A stretch of 64,000 bases of DNA, from the NCBI GenBank assembly GCA_944350275.1, contig CALVOK010000011.1:25698-89697 (forward strand). The letters run 5' to 3'. The notes beneath the pieces are model-generated. The model was not told the DNA's origin and ran no database searches. It saw only the letters and a program-made list of their open reading frames with translations. The position numbers were made by a program, and so were the translations under genes. The number at the start of each line of letters is the position of its first letter. Positions within the stretch are counted from its first letter, which is position 1. Shown piece after piece: positions 42,265 through 51,920 of the stretch. Source of the DNA: an uncultured Clostridia bacterium. Lineage in GTDB: Bacteria > Bacillota > Clostridia > Christensenellales > UBA1242.

Positions 42265-43929
42265 ATGCTTCAAACATTGTCTATAAAAAATATTGCTTTA
42301 ATTTCTTCTTTAACAATTGATTTTGGAAAAGGTTTTAATGTTTTGTTGGGAGAAACAGGCGCTGGTAAAAGCATCATTTTTGATGCTTTGAACTTTGTTC
42401 TTGGTGCTAAATTAGACAAAACTCTCTTGCGTTATGGCGAAAGTGTTATGCGAGTTGATGCTGTTTTTACAGGGCTCAAGGAAAGTGCTTTAAATCTTTT
42501 AAAAGAATTCGGAATTGAGGAAGACGAAGTTGCACTTTCAAGAAGTTATTCGACAGAAGGAAAATCTACTATAAGAATAAATGGTATCCCTTCGAGTCAG
42601 AGTGTACTCAAGGAGGTCGGTGAAATACTGGTAAATAGTTATTCTCAGCACGAAAGTATAGACCTACTTAAAACTAAAAATCATCTTATTATGTTGGATA
42701 GGTATGGTGGAGAAAAGATAAGTACAATTAAAGAAAACTTATTGATTGAATATAATAATCTTAAAGAAATTGAGAAAAAGATAAAAGGTTTAGGTGGTGA
42801 CGAATTTGAAAGAGAAAGGACAAAGTCCCTTCTCTTATATCAGATTAAAGAAATAGAAAGCGCTAATTTAAAAGTAGGAGAGGACGAAGAGATAAAAGAA
42901 AGACTTACTTTTTTAAACAACTCCGAAAAAATTTTTCAGGCCATATCTATATGCGAACAGATTTTGTCTGATGATAGTTCTTCCAGCATCAATAATTTGC
43001 AGCAAGCATCAGGGCTTTTGTCTGGTATTTCAGGTTTTGAAAACATTGATGATTGCAAAAATAGACTTGATAGTGCTAGATTTGAACTTGAAGATATTTG
43101 CCAGACATTGTCGGATATTAAGGTAGATGCAGAGTTTGATGAAGATGAATACGAACAACTTGATAAAAGATATGACCTTATAAAGTCACTTACAAGGAAA
43201 TATGGTGGTAGCATTGAAAATGTATTAGAATATCTACATAATTCTCAGTCTCAATATGAAGAACTAGAAAATAGTGAAGTTTTGCTCTCTCGTCTCGAAA
43301 ATGAAAGAAAACAGATTGAAGATAAATTAAATAATCAAGCGGAGGTTCTTTCTGATTTGAGAAAGGAAGTTGCCAAGGAAATTTCTCAAAAAATAGTAAC
43401 AGAACTTCGACAACTAGGAATGAAATCTAGTAACTTTGATGTCAAGTTTTCTAAATTAAACACTATAACAACAGAGGGCTTTGATGATGTTGAATTTGTA
43501 TTTTCGGCTAACAAAGGTCAAGAGTTAAAATCTCTATCAAAAACCGCTTCTGGCGGAGAACTTAGTAGATTTATGCTTGCGGTTAAGAATATCTTTGCCG
43601 AGATAGGTAGTGCACAAACTTTAGTTTTTGATGAAATTGATGCTGGCATTAGCGGTGAAACAGGCAATATTGTAGGACAAAAATTATATAATATAACAAG
43701 ATTTGCACAGGTTATATGTATTACTCATTTACCACAAGTTGCGAGTTACGGTGATGAGTTTTACTATGTAAGCAAACAAGAAGAAAATAATACCACAGTC
43801 ACTAACATAAAACATCTTGAAGGTGATGAAATTGTGTACAATATTGCAAGAATGATTGGCGGGAATAAGGTGAGCGAAATTGCTTTGTCTCACGCTAAAG
43901 AAATGCGAAAGATGACTGAAAAGGTTTAG
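42265..43929 (+). CDS. recN: DNA repair protein RecN
   Basis: Walker A GETGAGKS, long coiled coil, signature SGGELSR, Walker B LVFDEIDAG. Confidence 0.93.
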   Translation: MLQTLSIKNIALISSLTIDFGKGFNVLLGETGAGKSIIFDALNFVLGAKLDKTLLRYGESVMRVDAVFTGLKESALNLLKEFGIEEDEVALSRSYSTEGKSTIRINGIPSSQSVLKEVGEILVNSYSQHESIDLLKTKNHLIMLDRYGGEKISTIKENLLIEYNNLKEIEKKIKGLGGDEFERERTKSLLLYQIKEIESANLKVGEDEEIKERLTFLNNSEKIFQAISICEQILSDDSSSSINNLQQASGLLSGISGFENIDDCKNRLDSARFELEDICQTLSDIKVDAEFDEDEYEQLDKRYDLIKSLTRKYGGSIENVLEYLHNSQSQYEELENSEVLLSRLENERKQIEDKLNNQAEVLSDLRKEVAKEISQKIVTELRQLGMKSSNFDVKFSKLNTITTEGFDDVEFVFSANKGQELKSLSKTASGGELSRFMLAVKNIFAEIGSAQTLVFDEIDAGISGETGNIVGQKLYNITRFAQVICITHLPQVASYGDEFYYVSKQEENNTTVTNIKHLEGDEIVYNIARMIGGNKVSEIALSHAKEMRKMTEKV

Positions 43930-43991
43930 AATAATTTATCGTAAATTGAATAGACTAATACTTAGGTATTGGTCTTTTTTTAGGAGGAAAA

Positions 43992-45200
43992 ATGCAAAAA
44001 AGAGGTAAAAATATATTTTTTGTATTATTAATTATTTTGGTTATGCTTATTATAAATAACATAAATTTTTATAACTTGTGTGGTCTATCTGATAATTTTT
44101 ATACTAATTATAGTGAAATAGAAGAGGCAAACAAGAATGAAATTTTTGGTAATTTTGTTACTATTTCGTTAAATCAAAGTGAAGTAAAAACAAGCGGTGA
44201 AAAATGTAATGATGGAACTGTTTTATTTAAACTTTTTGGTTTTATCCCCATTAAAAAAGTTGATGTAAAAATTATCCCAGAAGACGAAGTTTATTTAGGA
44301 GGTAGCACCATAGGTTTGTCTGTAAATGCCGACGGTGCACTGGTTGTGAGCGATATAATAATTAATACAAAAGATAATCAAATAATAAAAAATAAAGGTA
44401 TAAAAAGTGGTGATATTATAAAGAAAATAAATGATGTAGAAATTAAAGATATAGACGATATAGATAGGGCATTACAAAGTAGCAATAAAGAAGATGCTGA
44501 ATTAGAAATTATACGTGATAACAAGTCAAAAACTATAAAAGTTGGCCTGTTAAAAGACTCTGCAAACCATTATAAATTGGGCGTTTGGGTAAAAAATACT
44601 CTTTCAGGTATTGGAACTTTAACCTTTGTAAAGAAAAATGGAGAATATGGAGCACTTGGTCATCCTGTTACTAATACTGATAGTGACACTGTTGTCCCTA
44701 TAAAAGATGGCAATATATACGATTGCAATTTAATAGGCATAAATAAAGGACAAAAAAATAAGCCAGGCGAATTAAGAGGGGTATTTATGCAGAAAAAATC
44801 TCTAGGTTGCATAGTCAAAAACACACCTTATGGTATATTTGGGAAAACAAGTAACATAGATGAACTTGTTGACGTAAATAGGTCTGTTTCTATAGGGGGA
44901 CGTCTTAGCGTTAAACCTGGGAAAGCAAAAATTGTATCCTCTGTGAGTGGTATACAAGAAGAATACGAAATTGAGATAATAAAAGCGAATTATCAATCTA
45001 AATGCAGTGATAAAAGTTTAGTTTTTAGGGTAACAGATGAAAGACTTATTAAATTGACAGGTGGAATTGTTCAGGGAATGAGCGGTTCTCCAATTATACA
45101 AAACGGCAAACTTGTTGGTGCAGTAACTCATGTGTTCCTATCAGATTCTACAAAAGGATATGGAATATATAGTGATTGGATGCTTGAGCAAATTAGTTAG
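43992..45200 (+). CDS. spoIVB: SpoIVB peptidase (S55)
   Basis: N-terminal TM, PDZ region (GDIIKKINDVEI), and His/Ser catalytic contexts GALGH and GMSGSPII. Position after recN. Confidence 0.82.
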   Translation: MQKRGKNIFFVLLIILVMLIINNINFYNLCGLSDNFYTNYSEIEEANKNEIFGNFVTISLNQSEVKTSGEKCNDGTVLFKLFGFIPIKKVDVKIIPEDEVYLGGSTIGLSVNADGALVVSDIIINTKDNQIIKNKGIKSGDIIKKINDVEIKDIDDIDRALQSSNKEDAELEIIRDNKSKTIKVGLLKDSANHYKLGVWVKNTLSGIGTLTFVKKNGEYGALGHPVTNTDSDTVVPIKDGNIYDCNLIGINKGQKNKPGELRGVFMQKKSLGCIVKNTPYGIFGKTSNIDELVDVNRSVSIGGRLSVKPGKAKIVSSVSGIQEEYEIEIIKANYQSKCSDKSLVFRVTDERLIKLTGGIVQGMSGSPIIQNGKLVGAVTHVFLSDSTKGYGIYSDWMLEQIS

Positions 45201-45299
45201 TATTGTTATTAAATTATAACTTTATATTTGAAATTGAACATAATATAACGGTAATTATGCAATAATATATTTTATACAGCATCCAATAAAGTAGACGTT

Positions 45300-45339
45300 A
45301 AAAACTCCTGTGTATAATGAATTTATCACAGGAGTTTTT
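45300..45339. terminator. Bidirectional intrinsic terminator
   Basis: AAAACTCCTGTG-14 nt-CACAGGAGTTTT, flanked by A and T runs. Confidence 0.7.
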
Positions 45340-45453
45340 GGATAATAAAAAGAAGTTATGACCTAATTTGTCTTAACTTCTTTCTATCTAATGTGAAGCA
45401 TATCTCCTTCACACTATTATTATTTACAGAAATTAGCATAATATACATAGAAT

Positions 45454-46488
45454 TTAAGAATTTATTTTTATTATTTCAGCAACATTCTTTCTCATATCTT
45501 CGCTAATTGCTGCATAGTGCTTTTTCGTTGTATTTACATCTTTATGACCAAGTACATCTGCAACAATATAAATATCCCTAGTTTCTTTATACAAATTTGT
45601 ACCAAAAGTACTTCGCAATTTATGAGGAGAAATTTTCTTCAGTGGCGAGGCAATCTGTGCATATTTTTTTACCAAGTTCTCAACTGCTCTAATAGAAATT
45701 CTCTTGCTTTTCAAGGAGATAAACATTGCGTTTTCATCTTCAGGTAAACCTAATGTGGCACGTTTTTCAAGCCATGTTTTTAGAGCGAGGGCGACTTCTT
45801 TAGAAAAATAAAGGGTAGTTTGATTTCCGCCTTTACGAGTGACTAAAAAAGCATTTTGACTAAAATCAAAACTTTCAATGTTGAGTCCAACAAGTTCTGA
45901 TATACGTATGCCTGTTCCTAAAAAAAGTGTTACAATAGCATTATCTCTTTCAAACGTTTTTTTACTATATTCTTGTTGACGTTTAGTTAATTGTATTGGG
46001 TTTTCTATTGTTTCCATCAATTTTTTAACTTCGTTTTTTTCAAGTCTTATAATTTCTTTATTATGTAGTTTTGGAGTATCAATTTTACTTGCAACATTGG
46101 ATTCAATTAAATCATGATTAAATAAATATTTAAAGAAACTTCGCAGTGATGCCAATTTCCTTGCTTTACCTTTTTCATCATTTTTGTATTGTTTGCCATC
46201 CAATTCATAGTAAGAAAGGTAGGAAAGATATTGCTCCAAATTTCTTGATTTTAACTTATTAAGGTCATCCAAAGTTATGTCGATTTCTTTCTTTTTAAAC
46301 ACATAATTACCTAGATAATTAAAGAAAATATACAGATCCATTGAATAGTTGTACCTAGTAAGCGAAGAGGTGTTATTTTCAATACCTATAAAATAGTCAA
46401 GACAATAATCAGGGAGTCTTTCAGTGTACTTCGACATTTTTAGTCTGTTTTCTAAATCTCGTTGTTCATAAAAACTTAATTTTTTCAT
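45454..46488 (-). CDS. Tyrosine recombinase, XerS-like architecture
   Basis: Catalytic contexts GTGIRISEL (Arg), HKLRSTFGT (H-x-x-R) and LGHKDVNTTKKHY (His/Tyr). VTRKGG motif and N-terminal LPDYCLDYF...YNYSMDLYIFFNYL resemble XerS-type rather than classical XerC/D N-termini. Confidence 0.8.
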   Translation of the reverse strand: MKKLSFYEQRDLENRLKMSKYTERLPDYCLDYFIGIENNTSSLTRYNYSMDLYIFFNYLGNYVFKKKEIDITLDDLNKLKSRNLEQYLSYLSYYELDGKQYKNDEKGKARKLASLRSFFKYLFNHDLIESNVASKIDTPKLHNKEIIRLEKNEVKKLMETIENPIQLTKRQQEYSKKTFERDNAIVTLFLGTGIRISELVGLNIESFDFSQNAFLVTRKGGNQTTLYFSKEVALALKTWLEKRATLGLPEDENAMFISLKSKRISIRAVENLVKKYAQIASPLKKISPHKLRSTFGTNLYKETRDIYIVADVLGHKDVNTTKKHYAAISEDMRKNVAEIIKINS

Positions 46489-46523
46489 AGGTGCATTATA
46501 GCACTATTAATAATAAAAATCAA
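46489..46523 (-). promoter_or_regulatory. Promoter of the recombinase gene giving a probable leaderless mRNA
   Basis: On the minus strand: TTGATT (46518-46523), N17, TGcTATAAT (-10 at 46495-46500), 6 nt, ATG (46488). No RBS. Confidence 0.5.
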
Positions 46524-46783
46524 CAAAATTAATCAACTATGCATAAAATTTTTTATAATATCTTATATATGGAGTAATATGCATAGAATACATACTACAT
46601 ACAGTATATCAGATAAAATTCGTTTTAGTTGATGAGAATATGAAGGGTGAAAAATATCAGTGTTAATACAGTTTAGAGAAATTTATTATTAAGAATTTGT
46701 ATAAATCTTTTATATTTATTTGACTATTCTTTGCATTATAAAGTATAATAAAGGTATTATTTAATATAGGAGATTTAGAACAA

Positions 46784-48073
46784 ATGATAGATATTAATTT
46801 GATAAGAACAAATCCTGAACTTGTAAAAGAGAACATTAGAAAGAAATTTCAAGATATAAAAATTGAATATGTTGACCGAGTTTTAATCCTTGACGAAAAG
46901 ATAAGAAATCTCAAGAAAGAAGGAGATAGTCTTAGAGCATCAAGGAATTCTCTGAGTAGTCAAATAGGCATCTTCATGAAAGATAAAAAAATTGAAGAGG
47001 CCAATAAAATTAAAGAACAAGTTGTCGCTAACAATAAGAGAATTGAAGAAATAGAGATTGAAGAAAATAAATTTTCTGGCGAACTTAAAAACTTGATGAT
47101 GTCCATTCCTAATATAATTGCAGTTGATGTGCCAATTGGAAAAGATGACAGCGAGAATGTGCAAAGGCTAACTGTAGGTGAGGCAAAAATACCTGATTTT
47201 GATATTCCTTATCATACTGATATACTTGAAAGTTTAAACGGACTTGATCTAGACAGTGCTAGAAGAACAAGCGGAAATGGTTTTTATTATTTAGTAGGTG
47301 ATGTTGCACGACTTCATTCATCAATTCTTTCTTATGCAAGAGATTTTATGATAAATAAGGGTTTTACCTATTGCATTCCTCCTTTTATGATAAGGAGTGA
47401 TGTAGTTAATGGTGTTATGAGTTTTGAAGAAATGGAAAATATGATGTATAAGATTGAAGGAGAAGATCTCTATCTTATTGGCACAAGTGAACATTCAATG
47501 ATTGGAAGATTTAAGGATACAATTTTAAAAGAAGAGGATTTGCCATTATGTCTTACCTCATATTCTCCATGTTTTAGAAAGGAAGTTGGAGCACACGGAA
47601 TTGAAGAGCGCGGAATTTATCGTGTTCATCAATTCGAAAAACAGGAAATGATTGTTATCTGCAAACCTGAAGATTCTATGGAGTGGTATAACAAAATGTG
47701 GCAAATTTCATCTGAGTTTTTTAGTACTTTAAATATTCCTCATGAAGTTATGGAGTGTTGCAGTGGTGATCTAGCAGACCTTAAAGTTAAATCATGCGAC
47801 CTCAATGCATGGAGCCCTCGCCAAAAACGTTACTTTGGGGAACTTGGCTCTTGCTCAAATCTTTCAGATGCTCAAGCAAGGCGTCTTGGTATAAAGTTCA
47901 AGTCAAAGGATGGAACTAAATTTGCTCACACCTTAAATAATACAGTAGTGGCACCACCAAGAATGTTAATTGCATTTTTAGAAAACAACTTAAATGCAGA
48001 TGGTAGTGTAAATATACCAGAGGTATTAAGATCATACATGGGTGGAAAAAGCATAATTTATCCTAAGAAGTAA
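46784..48073 (+). CDS. serS: Serine--tRNA ligase
   Basis: N-terminal coiled-coil arm and class II motifs (FRKEVGAHG...RVHQFEK, TLNNTVVAPPRMLIA). Confidence 0.94.
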   Translation: MIDINLIRTNPELVKENIRKKFQDIKIEYVDRVLILDEKIRNLKKEGDSLRASRNSLSSQIGIFMKDKKIEEANKIKEQVVANNKRIEEIEIEENKFSGELKNLMMSIPNIIAVDVPIGKDDSENVQRLTVGEAKIPDFDIPYHTDILESLNGLDLDSARRTSGNGFYYLVGDVARLHSSILSYARDFMINKGFTYCIPPFMIRSDVVNGVMSFEEMENMMYKIEGEDLYLIGTSEHSMIGRFKDTILKEEDLPLCLTSYSPCFRKEVGAHGIEERGIYRVHQFEKQEMIVICKPEDSMEWYNKMWQISSEFFSTLNIPHEVMECCSGDLADLKVKSCDLNAWSPRQKRYFGELGSCSNLSDAQARRLGIKFKSKDGTKFAHTLNNTVVAPPRMLIAFLENNLNADGSVNIPEVLRSYMGGKSIIYPKK

Positions 48074-48084
48074 GGGAAATTGCT

Positions 48085-49056
48085 ATGTCAAATGTAAATA
48101 TTTCAAAGGATATTATAAACAACATTGCAAACCAAGAAAACAAAAAATTTGTTAAAAATATTAACAAATTAATAATGCAATTGGTTAATGATTCAATGCA
48201 AGATTTATCTAATAGCATATCGTTTATTTCGGCCAAAAATGTTGTTTTACAGCCTATCAATGAATTAGTCAGTGGTGCGTTTATTGATGCATCAAATTTT
48301 GTCTATTTGTTGGGCATAGAAAATATTCAATTAGAATTAAATACTGCCAAAAAGATGTCGTTTTTGCGAAATTTAAAAGAGAGATTTAAATATGCTTGGC
48401 AAAATAGAAAGTTGATTTATAAGCGAAGGAAAAAACATCGTAAAAAATCAAAAAAGGAATTGGAGAAGATAGAAGATAAAAAAGAAGTAGATTTTAATAA
48501 TTATACAATATATAGCCTTGCTGAAGATTTACAAAATTCTATTGTTAATTACTTATCGGAAACAAGTATGGTTTACTTGAATGGTAATCTGTTGCAAATT
48601 ATTGGTAAAGATGATTTTGGCTCAAACACAAAGATATTTATATATGTGGTAAGTTATGATGGAACAAATTATAAATATTATGCTGGAAAGAAAAAAGGAT
48701 ATATTAATATAAATGTCAATGGCCGTGTAGATAAATTGTCATCAAAAATGCAGACAGCAGGTGAAAATTTTATAAAAATTTTGAAAATTTTGAATACTCT
48801 TTACTATAATACAAACGGATATATGTGTAATCAAATCTTTATGGAGAGCATTTTATGTTCCGTGCCAGAAGACTTATTTTTTGGTTTAGATATTTATAAT
48901 GTTTTTGTTAAAATTATAAATTATTTATCTATAACATCATTTAAAAATATTAAATCAATAAACAACTATGATTTAACAATATTTAATGATGTAGTATGTG
49001 GGAATTGCATGCTTGGATTTAATAAAATGATGAATAAAATTATAACAAAAAATTAG
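48085..49056 (+). CDS. Hypothetical protein (possibly a degenerate nucleotidyltransferase-fold protein)
   Basis: FIKILKILNTLYYNTNGYMCNQIFMESIL resembles the lRllKhW...S.hlE helix pair of OAS/CD-NTase-like NTases. No GS...DxD catalytic motif is evident. Lys-rich central linker. Confidence 0.45.
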   Translation: MSNVNISKDIINNIANQENKKFVKNINKLIMQLVNDSMQDLSNSISFISAKNVVLQPINELVSGAFIDASNFVYLLGIENIQLELNTAKKMSFLRNLKERFKYAWQNRKLIYKRRKKHRKKSKKELEKIEDKKEVDFNNYTIYSLAEDLQNSIVNYLSETSMVYLNGNLLQIIGKDDFGSNTKIFIYVVSYDGTNYKYYAGKKKGYININVNGRVDKLSSKMQTAGENFIKILKILNTLYYNTNGYMCNQIFMESILCSVPEDLFFGLDIYNVFVKIINYLSITSFKNIKSINNYDLTIFNDVVCGNCMLGFNKMMNKIITKN

Positions 49057-49119
49057 CATGATTCACTTTTATTATGTAAATGTTTTTAACTTATTTTATA
49101 TTTTAAAAGGATTAAGTTT

Positions 49120-49915
49120 ATGATTGGCGCTTTGGTTGGAGATATAGTTGGCTCGATTTATGAATTTAATAACCTCAAAACAAAAAGTTTTTTATTATTT
49201 TCTCCAAATTGTTTCTTTACAGATGACACCGTTATGACAATAGCAGTGGCAAAAGCACTTATAGACTGCAAGGGTAATTATGCTAACTTAGAATCATTAA
49301 CAATAAAAAACTTGCAGTTTTTTTGGGTCTAAGTATCCAAATTTAAGTTACGGTTTAATGTTCAAACATTGGTTGTCAGAAAAAAATCCTAAGCCTTATT
49401 ATAGTTTTGGAAATGGTGCCGCCATGAGAATTTCTCCAGTTGCATATTTTGCAAAATCAGAGCAAGAACTAAAAGAACTATCTTATAAAGTAACAAAGGT
49501 TACCCACAATCATCCAGAAGGTTTAAAGGGCGCTGAGGCCACAGCAATAGCCGTGTGGCTTGCACTTCACAAAAAATCTAAAGAAGAAATAAAACATTAT
49601 ATTGAGAAATACTATTATTCGCTTGACTTTAATTATAATAATTTGATAGAGACATATGAATTCAACGAATCCTGTCAAAAGACTGTTCCGCAAGCAATTT
49701 ATTGTTTTTTAATAAGCAAATCATTTGAAGATGCAATAAGAATTGGAGTTTCTATTGGAGGAGATACTGATACAATATGTGCAATAATTGGAGGAATAGC
49801 AGAAGCATATTACGGGGGAGTTCCTAAAGATATAGCCTGTCAAGCCTTAAATTTTTTAGATAAATATTTACTTAAGGTTTATAAAAAAATACAAAAAAAG
49901 ATAAATTACAACTAA
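49120..49915 (+). pseudogene. ADP-ribosylglycohydrolase (ARH/DraG family) frameshifted in a T7 tract (49318-49324)
   Basis: The N-terminal part (GALVGDIVGSIYEF...FTDDTVMT) is in frame 1 and the remainder (GNGAAMRISPVAY...GGDTDTICAIIGGIAEAYYG) in frame 2. Removing one T gives ...NLQFFGSKYPNLSYGLMFKHWL... Confidence 0.78.
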
Positions 49916-51265
49916 ACATTTTTACCAAATGTACTTTATAATAAAATTATGTGATGATAAAATTTAAACAAGTCAAGTTTTAATTTTTTCTAAGCGCAAA
50001 ATACACACTAAATTGTGTGTCATCCACATAGTATGTAAAACCAATCAGGCTTACTTTTGCAAGCAAGTTGGACTTTCGATAATATAAAATACAGCCAATA
50101 GGAAAATCCTATAAATTTGCTTGCTAACACGAACTTAATATGAATTTATATAATAATACGACACGAATGTCGCAGATAAAAATCTATGATTGTAAAAGAA
50201 TTTGTTATACAAAAGATATACAGAATAAACTGAGGTATCTAAATAAAAACTGTAAAAATATGCATTTAATTGTATAGTTTGCAGACAATATTACATTATA
50301 TATTTATAGCAAATCAGTTTAATTTTCGACAATGCAAAACTAAGAATAAAGCCACGGATAAAAGTTAGCAAAATGTAAAAGTAAAAACAAAATTACTTTA
50401 TAGTAGTAATCTACAATTTTTAATATAGTTAACAAAAGCCATATTTTAATATAGTTATAAAAAAATAACATAATAGATTATTTTTTCATGCTATTATGCG
50501 TGTATCTATTCGTAAAACTTGTGTTTTGCGAATAGATATGAATGTGTTGACTTTTAAATTTCTGTTTACTTTTTATTTCCCTAATAAAATTTTAACACAT
50601 AAAATTCATCATAAATAAACAAATACTAGACCACTTTACACTAATCCCGTAGGTTTAATACAACCCTTTGTTATCAGAACAAGAAAACAAAATTTTCTTG
50701 TGAATAGCACATGTGGAAAATATAAATCATAAAACAATTAAAGTGAAAACTTAAAATTTACATACTTTAAACAATTTAAATTCATTAAATTTTATTACTC
50801 CCCTATAAAAATTTACACTCTCCTTTCAATTTGTTTTAAAATGTCATTAGCGAAAGTTTTTAAACCTAATCTTCTTATTATGTTAAGTCGTCTATGTTTA
50901 TATGATTCACTTATGTTTTCCTTTCGACAAATTTTACAAAAAGTATACATATTTTCGTGACATCTCTTATATGGCTAAAGTAATTATTTGTGTTCTTCTA
51001 TACCCATCGTCATAAACTAATATTAGACATAAATTATTTTATAATTTGTTTTCTTTATCAATCTTTTATCCTCTAGCCAACACATTTTTTGTTTTGTTTG
51101 GCTTGTATAGTAAAATAGTCTTATTTGTCATACATGTTTTATGCAGCCCTAGCACTACACTTCAAAAGAGTTTATTTCCCTTTTTATACATAAAAAATCA
51201 TGCATACTCTATTTGTAAATGTACACTATTTTCGTTTGAGTTATAATTATAGTTTTTATATTACT

Positions 51266-51868
51266 TTATAGAATTTTGCTTGTTAGAAGAAAACTGAACT
51301 TTTTTAGTTCTTCTTTTATTTCTTTATAGTTGGGTATATATTGCCCTACTAATGACCAAAAATATTTCGAGTGATTAAATTCTTGACTGTGACATAATTC
51401 GTGAATTATAATGTATACAATTAGTTCTTTCGGTAATATAACAATTTTCCAATTTAGTTTCATTCTTTTGTTGCTGTCAAGACTCCCCCATACTCTCTTA
51501 GAATTCACTATTGATAAAGACGTATAATATAAATTGCATCTTATTGATAATTCATGTACCATTGGTTTAATATAATTTAAAAATGCATTTCTATAAAATG
51601 TATCCTTCTTGATGTTGCCAAAAGGCATAGCATTGTTAAAAATATAACCATAATTTTCAAAATCATAGGTTGATTTTACCTTGTTCATATTATCTATTTT
51701 TTCGATATGTTTTTCTATCCATTTTCTTTTTGCTTTGATAAAATCTATTATTTTTTCGTTAGATAAAGACTTAGGAGCATAAAGACTTATCTCTCCATTA
51801 TTAGATATTTTTAATCTTATATTTTTGTATTTACCTCTTATAATATCAATATGATGTTTATTATCCAT
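51266..51868 (-). CDS. YgjP-like (DUF45/M48-related) zinc metallohydrolase
   Basis: HELCHSQEFNHSKYFW motif near the C-terminus and a typical YgjP N-terminus (IRLKISNNGEISLYAP). The ATG at 51868 lies 6 nt after a TATAAT. Confidence 0.75.
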   Translation of the reverse strand: MDNKHHIDIIRGKYKNIRLKISNNGEISLYAPKSLSNEKIIDFIKAKRKWIEKHIEKIDNMNKVKSTYDFENYGYIFNNAMPFGNIKKDTFYRNAFLNYIKPMVHELSIRCNLYYTSLSIVNSKRVWGSLDSNKRMKLNWKIVILPKELIVYIIIHELCHSQEFNHSKYFWSLVGQYIPNYKEIKEELKKFSFLLTSKIL

Positions 51869-51920
51869 TAGAATATTATACATAAAATTTAAAAATTTTA
51901 CAAAGAAATTGTATATTTTT

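Noticed and set aside
50287-50314. Classical 28-bp dif: the reverse complement ATTTGCTATAAATATATAATGTAATATT resembles B. subtilis dif (ACTTCCTAGAATATATATTATGTAAACT)
   Set aside because: The similarity is largely AT-rich central sequence. The XerD arm reads AATGTAA instead of TTATGTAA, and the arms only line up if one base is dropped. Kept only as a weak alternative to the sites in the findings.
50020-50720. DnaA-box-like 9-mers (TCATCCACA at 50020-50028, TGTGGAAAA at 50712-50720), suggesting an origin in the ORF-free region
   Set aside because: There are only two one-mismatch boxes 700 bp apart, and no dnaA/dnaN nearby. The flanking genes converge on the region rather than diverging from it, which is the opposite of an origin.
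51046-51246. 66-aa ORF in the non-coding region
   Set aside because: Low-complexity hydrophobic translation of T-rich DNA, TTG start, no RBS or promoter, and no recognisable family.
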